Shown piece by piece: positions 45,887-55,237 of a DNA stretch of 64,000 nt (its first letter is position 1; every line of letters begins with the position of its first letter). The DNA comes from Ignavibacteria bacterium. Lineage in GTDB: Bacteria > Bacteroidota > Ignavibacteria > Tepidaquicellales > OLB5. The stretch spans positions 11,886-75,885 of the forward strand of contig JAYRXC010000013.1 in the NCBI GenBank assembly GCA_041917655.1, in the 5' to 3' direction. Under the pieces are notes generated by a model. It saw nothing but the letters and a program-made list of their open reading frames with translations, searched no databases and was not told where the DNA came from. Both the position numbers and the translations under genes were made by a program.

Positions 45887-46914
45887 ATATAATAGTATTA
45901 ACCGGCGGTACATCCGCGGAAAGAAATGTAGCTCTTGCCTCCGGCAAAGCAATAGCAGGCGCATTAAAAAGATCAGGCCACAACGTTAAAGTAGTTGACC
46001 CTGTTTTCGGGGCAAACCAGCCTGATGAGGAAACCATTTTTCAGGATAGGCCGGTAATTGGAAGTGAATTCCCCACTATCGAAGAGCTGAACGCTTTCAG
46101 CAACAGGAAAGTAATTGAGTGCATCAACTCCTCTATTTTTGATAATACCGATATTGTATTTCTTGGCCTGCACGGTAAGTTTGGCGAAGATGGCAGGATA
46201 CAGTCATTGCTTGAGCTGCGCGGCGTAAAATATACAGGTTCCGGCGTAACATCCAGCGCGATGGCTATGGATAAGAACATATCCAAGATTATGTTCAACC
46301 ATTATAACATTCCAACCGCCAAGTGGCTGATGCTAAAAAAAGGCATGAGTGAGCCGGTAAAAGTTGATGAAAGCATAAAGCTTCAGATAGGCTATCCCGC
46401 AGTAATTAAGCCAAATGATGAAGGCAGCACAGTGGGCTTATCGATTGTTCAGCCTGATGTTGAAGATGTTCAGCTTGGCAAGGCGCTCGAAGATGCTTTT
46501 GAGTATTCCGATTGTGTTATGGCTGAAGAGTACATAGAAGGCAGGGAACTGACAGTGGCTATACTCGGAGATATGTCATTGCCTGTTGTTGAAATAAAAC
46601 CCAAGAGCGGATTTTACGATTATGTGCATAAATATACAAAGGGGTTTACTGATTATTTCTGTCCGGCCGACCTGCCTGAGAAACTGGCCAATGATATCCG
46701 CGAAAAAGCAATGACTGCTCATAAATCACTGGGATGCTCAGTTTATTCCAGGGTTGATTTCAGGCTCAATTCACGCGGCGAAAGCTATTGCCTTGAGGTG
46801 AATACCCTGCCCGGTATGACGGAGCTGAGCCTCGTACCAAAGGCAGCCGGCGCATCGGGCATAACATTTGAAGACCTGCTGAACAGGATAATTGAATTAA
46901 GTTTGAATAAATAA
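45883..46914 (+). CDS. ddl: D-alanine--D-alanine ligase
   Basis: 'LTGGTSAER.V(A/S)L.SG', 'LHG..GEDG.IQ.LLE', 'P.VIKP..EGS(T/S)VG', 'R.DF.L...G..Y.LEVNT.PGMT'. GTG start overlaps the upstream stop. Confidence 0.9.
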   Translation: MNIIVLTGGTSAERNVALASGKAIAGALKRSGHNVKVVDPVFGANQPDEETIFQDRPVIGSEFPTIEELNAFSNRKVIECINSSIFDNTDIVFLGLHGKFGEDGRIQSLLELRGVKYTGSGVTSSAMAMDKNISKIMFNHYNIPTAKWLMLKKGMSEPVKVDESIKLQIGYPAVIKPNDEGSTVGLSIVQPDVEDVQLGKALEDAFEYSDCVMAEEYIEGRELTVAILGDMSLPVVEIKPKSGFYDYVHKYTKGFTDYFCPADLPEKLANDIREKAMTAHKSLGCSVYSRVDFRLNSRGESYCLEVNTLPGMTELSLVPKAAGASGITFEDLLNRIIELSLNK

Positions 46915-46957
46915 GTTGCTATTTTACGCAAATGCGGCTAATCGCTGAATCTAAGAA

Positions 46958-47284
46958 ATGAAAGAAGACAGCTTCGGCAAAAATATGGTGCGCTACATCC
47001 TGCACAGGAAGAAATTTTTCCTGTACCTGCTTGTGCTGCTGCTGATCCTCGGCTACGCGGTATTCGGTAAAAAAGGAATTTTGCAGCGTGTTGAGCTTGA
47101 AATGGAAAACCGGGAGCTGCGCGAAAAGCTGAAGACCGAACAGGATAAAAGCATGATGCTGCAAAAAGAGATCGAGGACCTCAAAACCTCTGACAAAAAA
47201 ATAGAAAAAGTTGCCCGTGAAAAATACAACCTTGTAAAAGACGGCGAAGAAATATACAAGGTTATGACCGATAGCACTAAGTAA
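46958..47284 (+). CDS. ftsB: septum formation initiator (FtsB/DivIC family)
   Basis: One TM helix, a coiled coil 'ELEMENRELREKLKTEQDK...LQKEIEDLK' and 'IEKVAREKYNLVKDGEEIY'. Confidence 0.7.
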   Translation: MKEDSFGKNMVRYILHRKKFFLYLLVLLLILGYAVFGKKGILQRVELEMENRELREKLKTEQDKSMMLQKEIEDLKTSDKKIEKVAREKYNLVKDGEEIYKVMTDSTK

Positions 47285-47341
47285 CAAGCATTGTACTAAG
47301 TGAAGGGTCTCTTATTTAATATTTAACAGAAAAATAATCAT

Positions 47342-48352
47342 ATGAACAAAATTGTAAGTACCCTCAAAGATATCCTTGCGATAAATTCACCTACAGGATA
47401 TACAACTGAAGTGATCACATATATTGAAGGCCTGTTCAAAGGGCTTGATGTTAAGATAACCAAAACAAATAAAGGCTCGCTGCTGGTTTCGTTTACTGAT
47501 TCACCGGAACTGATCGTAACGGGGCATATTGATACTTTGGGCGCAATGGTCAAGGAGATCAAAGATAACGGCACACTTGCAATTACAAGGATAGGAGGCC
47601 TGGAGCTCAACTCGTTTGAAGGCGAATATGTAACCATCAGGAACTACAAGGGTGAGCTTTACAGGGGAACATTCCTGCTTAATAACCCGGCATCCCATGT
47701 TAACAAGAATATAAACGAAGCAAAAAGAAGCCTCGAAAATATGTCCATAAGGCTTGATGAGCTTGTAAGGAATGCGGAAGATGTAAAGAAGCTCAATATT
47801 AACGTGGGTGACTTCATCTTCTACGATACTCGTTTTGAATACACTTCAAGCGGATTTGTTAAGAGCCGCTTTCTGGATGATAAAGCATGCGCCGCTGTAA
47901 TGATAGAGCTGATTAAAGAGTATGCCGCATCAGGCAGCAAGCCTGATGTTGGTTTCTACTTTTCAAACTATGAGGAAGTTGGGCACGGTTCATGTGTTGG
48001 TATTCCGGATTCAGCAGTAGAGCTGCTTGTGCTTGATATGGCCGTAATAGGCGATGGCTGCACCGGCCGAGAAGATGCGGTTTCTATTTGCGTAAAGGAT
48101 TCCAGCGGTCCATATGACTTTGATGTAACAAATGAGCTTCGCAGCCTGGCAATTGAAAACAAAATAGATTTTGTAACAGATATTTATCCATATTACGGCT
48201 CCGACGGCTCAGCAGCGCTTGCTGCCGGGTATGATGTCCGCGTCGGACTCATCGGGCCGGGAGTATCAGCATCTCACGGCGTAGAGCGTACACACGAAAA
48301 AGCGCTGGATGAAACATATAAGTTGACGAAGCTGTATATAGAAAATAATTGA
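47342..48352 (+). CDS. M42 family aminopeptidase (FrvX-like)
   Basis: 'L..I.SPTGYT', 'TGHIDTLG', 'FLDDKA..AV', 'EEVGH-G' and 'D.A.(V/I)G.G'. Confidence 0.8.
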   Translation: MNKIVSTLKDILAINSPTGYTTEVITYIEGLFKGLDVKITKTNKGSLLVSFTDSPELIVTGHIDTLGAMVKEIKDNGTLAITRIGGLELNSFEGEYVTIRNYKGELYRGTFLLNNPASHVNKNINEAKRSLENMSIRLDELVRNAEDVKKLNINVGDFIFYDTRFEYTSSGFVKSRFLDDKACAAVMIELIKEYAASGSKPDVGFYFSNYEEVGHGSCVGIPDSAVELLVLDMAVIGDGCTGREDAVSICVKDSSGPYDFDVTNELRSLAIENKIDFVTDIYPYYGSDGSAALAAGYDVRVGLIGPGVSASHGVERTHEKALDETYKLTKLYIENN

Positions 48353-48380
48353 AAAATCAATTATTTATTGAGTTAGAGCA

Positions 48381-48413
48381 ACATAAGGCAGGTCATAAAC
48401 CTGCCTTATGTTT
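48381..48413 (+). terminator. hairpin terminator after the M42 gene
   Basis: ACATAAGGCAGG (48381-92) / CCTGCCTTATGT (48400-11), a perfect 12-bp stem followed by TT. Confidence 0.5.
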
Positions 48414-48436
48414 CGGGAATTGATATTACGTAAGAA

Positions 48437-48739
48437 ATGTTTTATATTGCACGTAACAAAGTAAATAATATGGAAGATACAAAACTAACGCTCAATATTA
48501 AGAAACGGGTGGTAAACAAAGCTAAGCTCTATGCCAAAAAACAGGGTAGAAGCCTTTCTGATATTGTTGAAAACTACCTTATGGCGATTTCTAAAAACGA
48601 AAAAATTGATGAAGAAGAAATCATGTCAAAATTAAGTCCAGAGATCCGGGAGTTAGTTGGAATTGCAGGAAAGATTCCGAAAGATCTGGAATACAAAAAG
48701 GAAGTTGAAGACTACCTGGTTAAGAAGTATTTGAGATGA
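48437..48739 (+). CDS. type II antitoxin (DUF6364-like; likely start is the ATG at 48470)
   Basis: 'TKLTLNIKKRVVNKAKLYAKKQGRSLSDIVENYL' matches the pattern I recall for DUF6364 antitoxins. 4-nt ATGA overlap with the PIN gene. Confidence 0.65.
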   Translation: MFYIARNKVNNMEDTKLTLNIKKRVVNKAKLYAKKQGRSLSDIVENYLMAISKNEKIDEEEIMSKLSPEIRELVGIAGKIPKDLEYKKEVEDYLVKKYLR

Positions 48740-49146
48740 AAAACCTTTTTATAGATTCAGATGTAATTCTTGATTTACTCTTAAAAAGAGAACCTCATTT
48801 TATAAGTGCAGCAGTTCTGTTGGAAAAAGCTAAAAGTAATGAAATAAAACTTCATACTTCATCTGTTTGCGCAGTAAACGTTCATTATATTCTGAAAAAA
48901 TCGTATTCCGCCGACGAGATTGGTGTAATGCTGAATAAATTCTTTATGTACGTTGGAATACTTACAGTTGATAAAGAGATCATCTTGCTTGCTTTGAATT
49001 CAAATTTCAGGGATTTTGAAGATGCTGTACAGTACTATGCTGCACTAAAAAACAATCTTGAAACTATTTTAACAAGGAATACTAAAGACTACAGGGTTGA
49101 TGATATTCCGGTAATGACACCTGATGAATTCCTATATTCACTGTAA
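48736..49146 (+). CDS. PIN-domain toxin (VapC-like)
   Basis: 'LFIDSDVILDLL' (first acidic residue), 'FEDAVQYYAA' and 'ILTRNTKDY' give the PIN acidic quartet spacing. Confidence 0.75.
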   Translation: MKNLFIDSDVILDLLLKREPHFISAAVLLEKAKSNEIKLHTSSVCAVNVHYILKKSYSADEIGVMLNKFFMYVGILTVDKEIILLALNSNFRDFEDAVQYYAALKNNLETILTRNTKDYRVDDIPVMTPDEFLYSL

Positions 49147-49163
49147 ATCAAAGTTTTCAATTA

Positions 49164-50498
49164 TTGGATCTATTCGGAAACGAAAATAACACCAAGTTAA
49201 GCGTAAAGCCCCAGGCTAATTTCCAGCCGCTGGCCGAAAGAATGCGCCCAAAATCGCTTGATGATTTTGCAGGCCAGAAGCATCTTATCGGCGAAGGCAA
49301 GCCTATCCGGAAAATGATAGAGAACAATAATGTGTTCTCTATGATATTCTGGGGTCCACCGGGTGTTGGCAAAACAACCCTTGCGCTCATTATAGCGAAC
49401 AGCGTGAATGCTGAGTTCATACAGCTTTCAGCAGTTTCTTCCGGAGTAAAAGATGTGCGGCTTGCTATCGAAAGAGCTGAGATCAACCAGAAACATCTCT
49501 CACGAAAAACTATACTCTTTATTGATGAGATCCACCGGTTCAATAAGGCGCAGCAGGATTCACTTCTGCACTCCGTTGAAAGCGGAGTAATAACCTTGAT
49601 CGGCGCGACAACTGAAAATCCTTCGTTCGAAGTCATCTCACCGCTGCTCTCAAGGTGCAGAGTATATGTGCTGGAAGATCTTTCTGAAGATGAGCTGCTG
49701 CAGCTTGCCGAAAATGCCCTTTCAAACGATGCAGAGCTGAAGGACCAGAAAATAGATATTAAGGATAAGAACCTGATGCTGCGGTTTTCCGGCGGTGATG
49801 CCCGCAGGCTCTTGAACGGGCTTGATCTGGCAATACGCTCAACTGCAAAAGACACCGGCGGTACGATCAATATTACCAACGATATCCTCAAAGAAGCATA
49901 TCAGAAGAATTATATAAGGTATGATAAAGATGCTGAAGAGCATTATAATATCATTTCTGCATTTATCAAAAGCATCAGGGGCAGTGATCCTGATGCAGCA
50001 GTTTACTGGCTGGCGCGAATGCTCAAAGGGGGCGAAGAGCCGAAATTCATAGCGAGGAGAATGATAATTCTTGCTTCGGAAGATATAGGCAATGCTGATC
50101 CGTATGCTCTGACAATTGCCACTTCTGCTTTTACTGCCATCAACTACATTGGTATGCCGGAAGCGCAGCTTATACTCTCGCAGGCAGCTACATATCTGGC
50201 CAGCGCGCCCAAAAGCAATGCATCATATCTCGCCATTATGGAAGCAAAGCAGGATGTTGAGCTGACCGGAGAGCTTGGCGTTCCGCTGCACCTGCGGAAT
50301 GCCCCAACCAAGCTTATGAAACAAATGAATTACGGCAAAGAATACAAGTATTCCCACGATTACGAAGGACACTTCGCCGAACAGCAGTATCTTCCTGAGG
50401 AGCTAAAGGATAAAGTCTATTATAAACCCACCGGTATTGGGGAGGAATCAAAAATTAAAGAGCGCCTTAAGAACTGGTGGAAGAATAAAAAAAGATGA
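49164..50498 (+). CDS. rarA: replication-associated recombination protein A (MgsA/RarA AAA+ ATPase)
   Basis: 'PLAERMRP..LD.F.GQ.HL.G.GK', 'GPPGVGKTTLA', 'LFIDEIHRFNK.QQD' and 'GSDPDAA.YWLARML..GE.P.FI.RR'. Confidence 0.9.
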   Translation: MDLFGNENNTKLSVKPQANFQPLAERMRPKSLDDFAGQKHLIGEGKPIRKMIENNNVFSMIFWGPPGVGKTTLALIIANSVNAEFIQLSAVSSGVKDVRLAIERAEINQKHLSRKTILFIDEIHRFNKAQQDSLLHSVESGVITLIGATTENPSFEVISPLLSRCRVYVLEDLSEDELLQLAENALSNDAELKDQKIDIKDKNLMLRFSGGDARRLLNGLDLAIRSTAKDTGGTINITNDILKEAYQKNYIRYDKDAEEHYNIISAFIKSIRGSDPDAAVYWLARMLKGGEEPKFIARRMIILASEDIGNADPYALTIATSAFTAINYIGMPEAQLILSQAATYLASAPKSNASYLAIMEAKQDVELTGELGVPLHLRNAPTKLMKQMNYGKEYKYSHDYEGHFAEQQYLPEELKDKVYYKPTGIGEESKIKERLKNWWKNKKR

Positions 50499-50520
50499 TA
50501 ACATTTACTGAGATATTCTA

Positions 50521-51453
50521 ATGATAACACTTGAGACGAAAAAAAATAAACTGGAATATGCTATCGGAATTGACCTTGGCGGCACGTATATTAAATCTGC
50601 TATAGTTGATTCCAAAGGAAGGATTTTAAAGCACTACAAGACCGACACTTTTTCAGAGATATCACCGAAAAAAGTGTTAAGCCAGATCGAAAAATGCATC
50701 AATAACCTGAAGGATGGTTTCACAAAAGATCTTGCAGGTATTGGAATTGGTGCGCCGGGGATCGTTACCAAAGGAGTAATGAAATATCCCCCAAACTTTA
50801 AAGGATGGAAAGAAGTTGATCTTGCGAAACATTTTGCTAAAAAGCACAAAATGGAAACTATTGCGGATAACGATGCCAATTGCGCAGGTCTTGCAGAGCT
50901 AAAATTCGGTCATGGCTCAAAATACAAGAATTTCATCTTTCTGACTTTGGGTACCGGCATTGGCGGCGCAATGATAATTGACGGCAAAATGTACCGCGGC
51001 GAGCAAAACGGCGCAGGTGAATTCGGAATGATGACGATTGATTATAAGGGACCGGAGTGTTTAGGAGGCAACCGCGGTTCAGTTGAGGCGCACCTTGGCA
51101 GGAATTATTTCCTGAAACAGCACAGCAAAGAGATCAGAAAGCTTGGCAAAAATATCGACTTCGCCGATATCAGCAGGCTTGCTTCAAAAGGAAACAAGAC
51201 TGCGAAGAAATTACTTGATCTGTACGGATTCTACCTCGGTGTCGGCATTACGAATTATTTCAACCTGATGGATGTAAGAACAGCAATACTCGGCGGTGGA
51301 ATCTCAAACGCGTATAAAAATTTTATCGGTGAGCTTAATAGGACAATTAAACAAAGAAGTATCAAAACCATAAGGAATAAGTACCGCGTTCTGCGTTCAT
51401 CGATCAACAATCATGCAGGCGTTCTTGGCGCAGCCGCTCTGATATTCGAATGA
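50521..51453 (+). CDS. ROK-family sugar kinase (glucokinase-like)
   Basis: 'GIDLGGT.IK', 'NDANCAGLAE..FG', 'LTLGTGIGGA.I..G....G..G.AGE(F/I)G' and 'GGGISN'. Confidence 0.85.
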   Translation: MITLETKKNKLEYAIGIDLGGTYIKSAIVDSKGRILKHYKTDTFSEISPKKVLSQIEKCINNLKDGFTKDLAGIGIGAPGIVTKGVMKYPPNFKGWKEVDLAKHFAKKHKMETIADNDANCAGLAELKFGHGSKYKNFIFLTLGTGIGGAMIIDGKMYRGEQNGAGEFGMMTIDYKGPECLGGNRGSVEAHLGRNYFLKQHSKEIRKLGKNIDFADISRLASKGNKTAKKLLDLYGFYLGVGITNYFNLMDVRTAILGGGISNAYKNFIGELNRTIKQRSIKTIRNKYRVLRSSINNHAGVLGAAALIFE

Positions 51454-51526
51454 ATAATAGTTTAGTAGCACAGACATATAGAAGAGCACTTCGTGACCTT
51501 CTGTGTATAATTATAATCTACTGTGT

Positions 51527-51583
51527 TCATTGATAAACAATGATGCATGAGCGCTGGGATCTGCTACATTGATGTTTGAATAA
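51527..51583 (+). pseudogene. degenerate copy of the last ~18 codons of the ROK gene
   Basis: It translates to 'SLINNDA*ALGSATLMFE*', against the gene end 'SSINNHAGVLGAAALIFE*'. About 70% nt identity by eye, with an internal stop. Confidence 0.4.
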
Positions 51584-51710
51584 AAGTAATTTTATCTAAG
51601 TATAAGGTAACACACCCCTTCCGCTTACGCTCCCTCCCCTCTACTGCTAGTGCAGTCAGGCAAGAGGGGAATTTAAAACAAACTGAATTTTTGAACTTTT
51701 AGCTAATTTC

Positions 51711-52478
51711 ATGGGATTAAAAAACATACTGTATAAAGTCGAAAACGGTGTCGCAGAGATCGTCCTCAACAGGCCGGAAAAGATGAATTCGCTTGACGAG
51801 GAGCTGATATTTGATCTTGGCGATATGATGCGTGATTTTTCCGCCAATGATGAAGTTAAAGTCGTAGTTATAACTGGCGCCGAAGGCAATTTCTGCTCAG
51901 GTCTGTACCTCGACTACCTGCAGAAGATATCGGAATACGATATCCTGCAGAACAAGGAAGATTCGCGCAAGTTCAAGAACATGCTGATGAGCATTTACAA
52001 TTGCTCGAAGCCGGTCATAGCTAAAGTAAAAGGCTACTGCCTCGCCGGCGGCTGCGGGATAGCTTCTGCATGTGATATCATAATTGCAGATGAAACCGCA
52101 AGGTTTGGCTACACCGAAGTTAAGATCGGGTTTATCCCGGCAATTGTAATGCTGTTCCTGCTCAAACGCGTTTCCGAAACTCATGCTAAGGACCTCCTGC
52201 TCACTGCGCGCATGATAGATTCCGCAGCGGCGTTCCACATGGGATTCATAAATCACTTCGTTGATTCATCTGAGCTGGATCAAAAGGTAACGGAAGTATG
52301 CGAGAGCCTGAAGAAAAATTCTACAGCCTCGATGAAGCTTGCAAAAGAGATGTTCGGGAATATCTCGGGAATGGATTTCGAAAAGGCGCTTGAATACGCT
52401 TGCGACCTGAACGCTATAACACGTATGACTCCCGACTGTAAAAATGGAGTATCTAAATTTTTAAATAAACAGAAATAA
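51711..52478 (+). CDS. enoyl-CoA hydratase/isomerase family protein
   Basis: 'A.I.LNRPEK.N(S/A)L', 'VVVITG.....FC(S/A)G.(D/Y)L' and 'KP(V/I)IA.V.G.(C/A).(A/G)GG'. Confidence 0.85.
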   Translation: MGLKNILYKVENGVAEIVLNRPEKMNSLDEELIFDLGDMMRDFSANDEVKVVVITGAEGNFCSGLYLDYLQKISEYDILQNKEDSRKFKNMLMSIYNCSKPVIAKVKGYCLAGGCGIASACDIIIADETARFGYTEVKIGFIPAIVMLFLLKRVSETHAKDLLLTARMIDSAAAFHMGFINHFVDSSELDQKVTEVCESLKKNSTASMKLAKEMFGNISGMDFEKALEYACDLNAITRMTPDCKNGVSKFLNKQK

Positions 52479-52483
52479 CAGCC

Positions 52484-53146
52484 ATGCTGCATAAGTCAAC
52501 ACTTGATTTTTTAAAGAAACTTAAGAAAAATAATGACCGCGACTGGTTCAACGCCAACAAAAAGCTTTACGAAGACGCTAAATATGATTTTGAGGTATTC
52601 CTTTTTGAGTTGATACAGGCAATCGCAGAGTTTGATGAAGATGTTTCAGGGCTCGAGCCAAAGGATTGTATGTTCAGGATATATAAAGATGTGCGGTTTT
52701 CAAAGGATAAATCGCCCTATAAAACCAATCTTGGAGCTTCGATAAATAAAGGCGGACGCAAGGCTCCGAACGCCGGGTACTATGTTCATATAAGCCCATC
52801 GGAGTGTTTCCTCGCAAGCGGATTGTATATGCCGATGCCTGATAAGCTTCTGGCAGTAAGAGAAAAGATAGCTGAAGAGCCGGAAAAGTTCAAAAAGATC
52901 ATAAACAGCCCTGATTTCAAAAAGTATTACAAAAAGCTGTGGATGGAAGATTCGCTCAAAACCGCGCCGAAAGGCTTTCCAAAAGATCATCCCATGGCTG
53001 AATACCTGAAGCTCAAAAGCTTCATTGCCGATCATCCCGTAAAAGAAGAAAGAGTACTCACAAAAAATTATGTTCAGTACTCTTCCAGAATATTCAAAGC
53101 GGTTAAACCGCTGAACGACTATCTAAACGATGCAATTGGTGCCTGA
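52484..53146 (+). CDS. DUF2461 (TIGR02453) family protein
   Basis: 'FL..L..NN.R.WF..NK..YE', 'RIY(R/K)D.RFSKDK.PYKT' and 'G(Y/F)Y.H(I/L).P'. Confidence 0.8.
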   Translation: MLHKSTLDFLKKLKKNNDRDWFNANKKLYEDAKYDFEVFLFELIQAIAEFDEDVSGLEPKDCMFRIYKDVRFSKDKSPYKTNLGASINKGGRKAPNAGYYVHISPSECFLASGLYMPMPDKLLAVREKIAEEPEKFKKIINSPDFKKYYKKLWMEDSLKTAPKGFPKDHPMAEYLKLKSFIADHPVKEERVLTKNYVQYSSRIFKAVKPLNDYLNDAIGA

Positions 53147-53151
53147 TAAGT

Positions 53152-53250
53152 TTACATATCTACCTTTATGATGATCTGCTGAATGATAGTTCCTTTATCA
53201 TCAAAATCCTTTAATGAAGTATATGCGCTGCCGTTCAGATAGTTTAACAT
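53152..53250 (-). pseudogene. 3'-terminal relic (32 codons plus stop) of a paralog of the 55238..55738 gene
   Basis: The minus strand reads 'MLNYLNGSAYTSLKDFDDKGTIIQQIIIKVDM*', against the C-terminus '...KNNLNGKAYTSLKDFDDKGTIIQQIIIKVDM*'. In-frame stops lie upstream of the fragment. Confidence 0.55.
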
Positions 53251-53522
53251 TTTTCAAGTTACATTTTAAGAAATAGAGATTTTTATGACATAGATCATTG
53301 TATTGTCTTGAGTGATGTATTATTTTTGTAATGAAACCCATAACTACGTAAAGCAACTTATAAAAACCCGAGCCTTGATGCTGATTTTACCGCAAATAAA
53401 CTCATTTTAACAATTTTGTGTCATAATAACATTTTGCTTTAATATTGTAAAAAGCCAAAAAGTGTATTATTGTAAATTAACATACTGTAAAATCCTGCGG
53501 AAGAAATTTAAAATATATAATT

Positions 53523-55019
53523 ATGAATGAAAGTCCTCAATATAGCCTGAAATCCAGCCAAAAGTCAAAAGTCTTAATTTTTCTAATTTTATTTTTTCTT
53601 TTTTGCCAAGATTTTTTTACGCAAAGCATTACATGGCAGAGAACCTACGAGAAAAACAGCATGTGGGTAGGCAATGACGCTTGTCAGACTTCTGATGGGA
53701 ATTTTGTTATCGCGGGTTCTACGATCATATCTGGTATTGGCACGAGTATAATGGCTATGAAGATCAATGAGTATGGGGATACTATATGGACAAGAACAGT
53801 TCTTTCTTATCCTAATGAAGTGACTGAAGGTAATTGTGTTACACCCTCTGGAGATGGCGGAATTGTAATCTCTGGAAATAATGATTCTATATTTTCATGT
53901 AAATTGGATATTAATGGTAATTTACTCTGGTATAAGAACTACTTACCGCTATCGAGTAATATTCGTGACATTAAGGAGACAACTGATAAAGGATATATAA
54001 TCTGTGGCACAAGTTCTTATCCGCCTTACAAAGGATCTGTTATTAAGATTGATTCGACAGGAAATTTGATTTGGTTGAAGCTATTCTCTTCCACATTCTT
54101 AAAAAGTTTTTATTCAGTGACCTTAAATGGTACAGGATACATTCTGACAGGAATAGAATCCAATTTTCTAGGTGATAGAAACCAGTTGATAATTCTGAGT
54201 TTAAGCTCTAATGGCGATTCATTATGGCAAAGAAATTACTATATTAAAAATAATGCATCAAGTGGACGTGAAATCATTAAAACGGGACAAAGTTTGTACA
54301 TTGGGGGTGGAACAGTTGATTCTGACAAAGCACAATTATGCTTTATGAAAACTGATCTAAACGGTGACAGTATTTACACAAGGACATTTCCCGTCAATGG
54401 GCGACATGAACGGTTCGGAAGTTTTTCCGTAATCAACAATAATAGATTCGTTTTTTGTTATGAAAGGGATTCAATATCCACGCTATATAATGGGATAGGA
54501 ATATTCTCTGATTCGATGGGCAATATTACAAAGAAGACGGTTTTTACGAATTCGAATTTCAGGTGGGGTTCACTAAGAGCAATTATCCCCATTTCAAACG
54601 GAGACATTTTTTTTGCAGGTACGGCACAACTATTACCTTCATACGCAAGAGTTGTTTATTGTGTAAGAACTGACAGTATGCTAAATACCCCGGTGTATAT
54701 TGGCATCAATAATCATTCAGAAATCATTCCGAACTATTTTAAATTATATCAAAATTATCCTAATCCGTTTAATTCGACAACTAATATTAAATTTAGTTTA
54801 AAAGAATTTGCCAAAATTGAAATAAAGATTTATGACATGACAGGGAAATATTTGTGTAAACTACTCGGAGGAATATTTTCACCCGGTATGCATTCTGTAA
54901 CTTTTGATTCAAATAATTACTCAAGCGGAGTTTATTTTTATAAGATAATTGCGGGTGCCCCTTCGACAGGCTCAGTGCGAGGTTATAAGGATACGAAGAA
55001 GATGGTACTTCTGAAATAG
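53523..55019 (+). CDS. T9SS cargo protein (repetitive beta-propeller-like), AT-rich
   Basis: Repeats of the type 'DG(N/G).(V/I)I.G.....', 'GD..W.(R/K)'. CTD 'QNYPNPFNSTTNIKFSL...SGVYFYKI...TKKMVLLK'. Confidence 0.65.
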   Translation: MNESPQYSLKSSQKSKVLIFLILFFLFCQDFFTQSITWQRTYEKNSMWVGNDACQTSDGNFVIAGSTIISGIGTSIMAMKINEYGDTIWTRTVLSYPNEVTEGNCVTPSGDGGIVISGNNDSIFSCKLDINGNLLWYKNYLPLSSNIRDIKETTDKGYIICGTSSYPPYKGSVIKIDSTGNLIWLKLFSSTFLKSFYSVTLNGTGYILTGIESNFLGDRNQLIILSLSSNGDSLWQRNYYIKNNASSGREIIKTGQSLYIGGGTVDSDKAQLCFMKTDLNGDSIYTRTFPVNGRHERFGSFSVINNNRFVFCYERDSISTLYNGIGIFSDSMGNITKKTVFTNSNFRWGSLRAIIPISNGDIFFAGTAQLLPSYARVVYCVRTDSMLNTPVYIGINNHSEIIPNYFKLYQNYPNPFNSTTNIKFSLKEFAKIEIKIYDMTGKYLCKLLGGIFSPGMHSVTFDSNNYSSGVYFYKIIAGAPSTGSVRGYKDTKKMVLLK

Positions 55020-55102
55020 CGATATAGTGAGATAGTGAAGTGGGAGAGTAGTTGATTTGGTGAGTTGGTAAGTAAGAATGCAGAAAAATAGAAAATCAAA
55101 AA

Positions 55103-55139
55103 TAAAAAATGTCCGGTATGAAGTGTGCCGGACATTTTC
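55103..55139. terminator. bidirectional terminator between convergent genes
   Basis: An A-run, then AATGTCCGG (55108-16) / CCGGACATT (55128-36), then a T-run. Confidence 0.55.
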
Positions 55140-55237
55140 TATTACACTACTTTCTAAGACAGTCTATAGTCATTCTGTGCTTATACTTTATTTTGCCTCT
55201 TTTCGCTGGGCTTCGCCCATCGCGGGTGTTGTCATTT

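Noticed and set aside
49157-49891. 244-aa antisense ORF inside rarA
   Set aside because: It is Ser-rich and low-complexity with no motifs, whereas the plus-strand frame has unambiguous RarA/MgsA AAA+ signatures.
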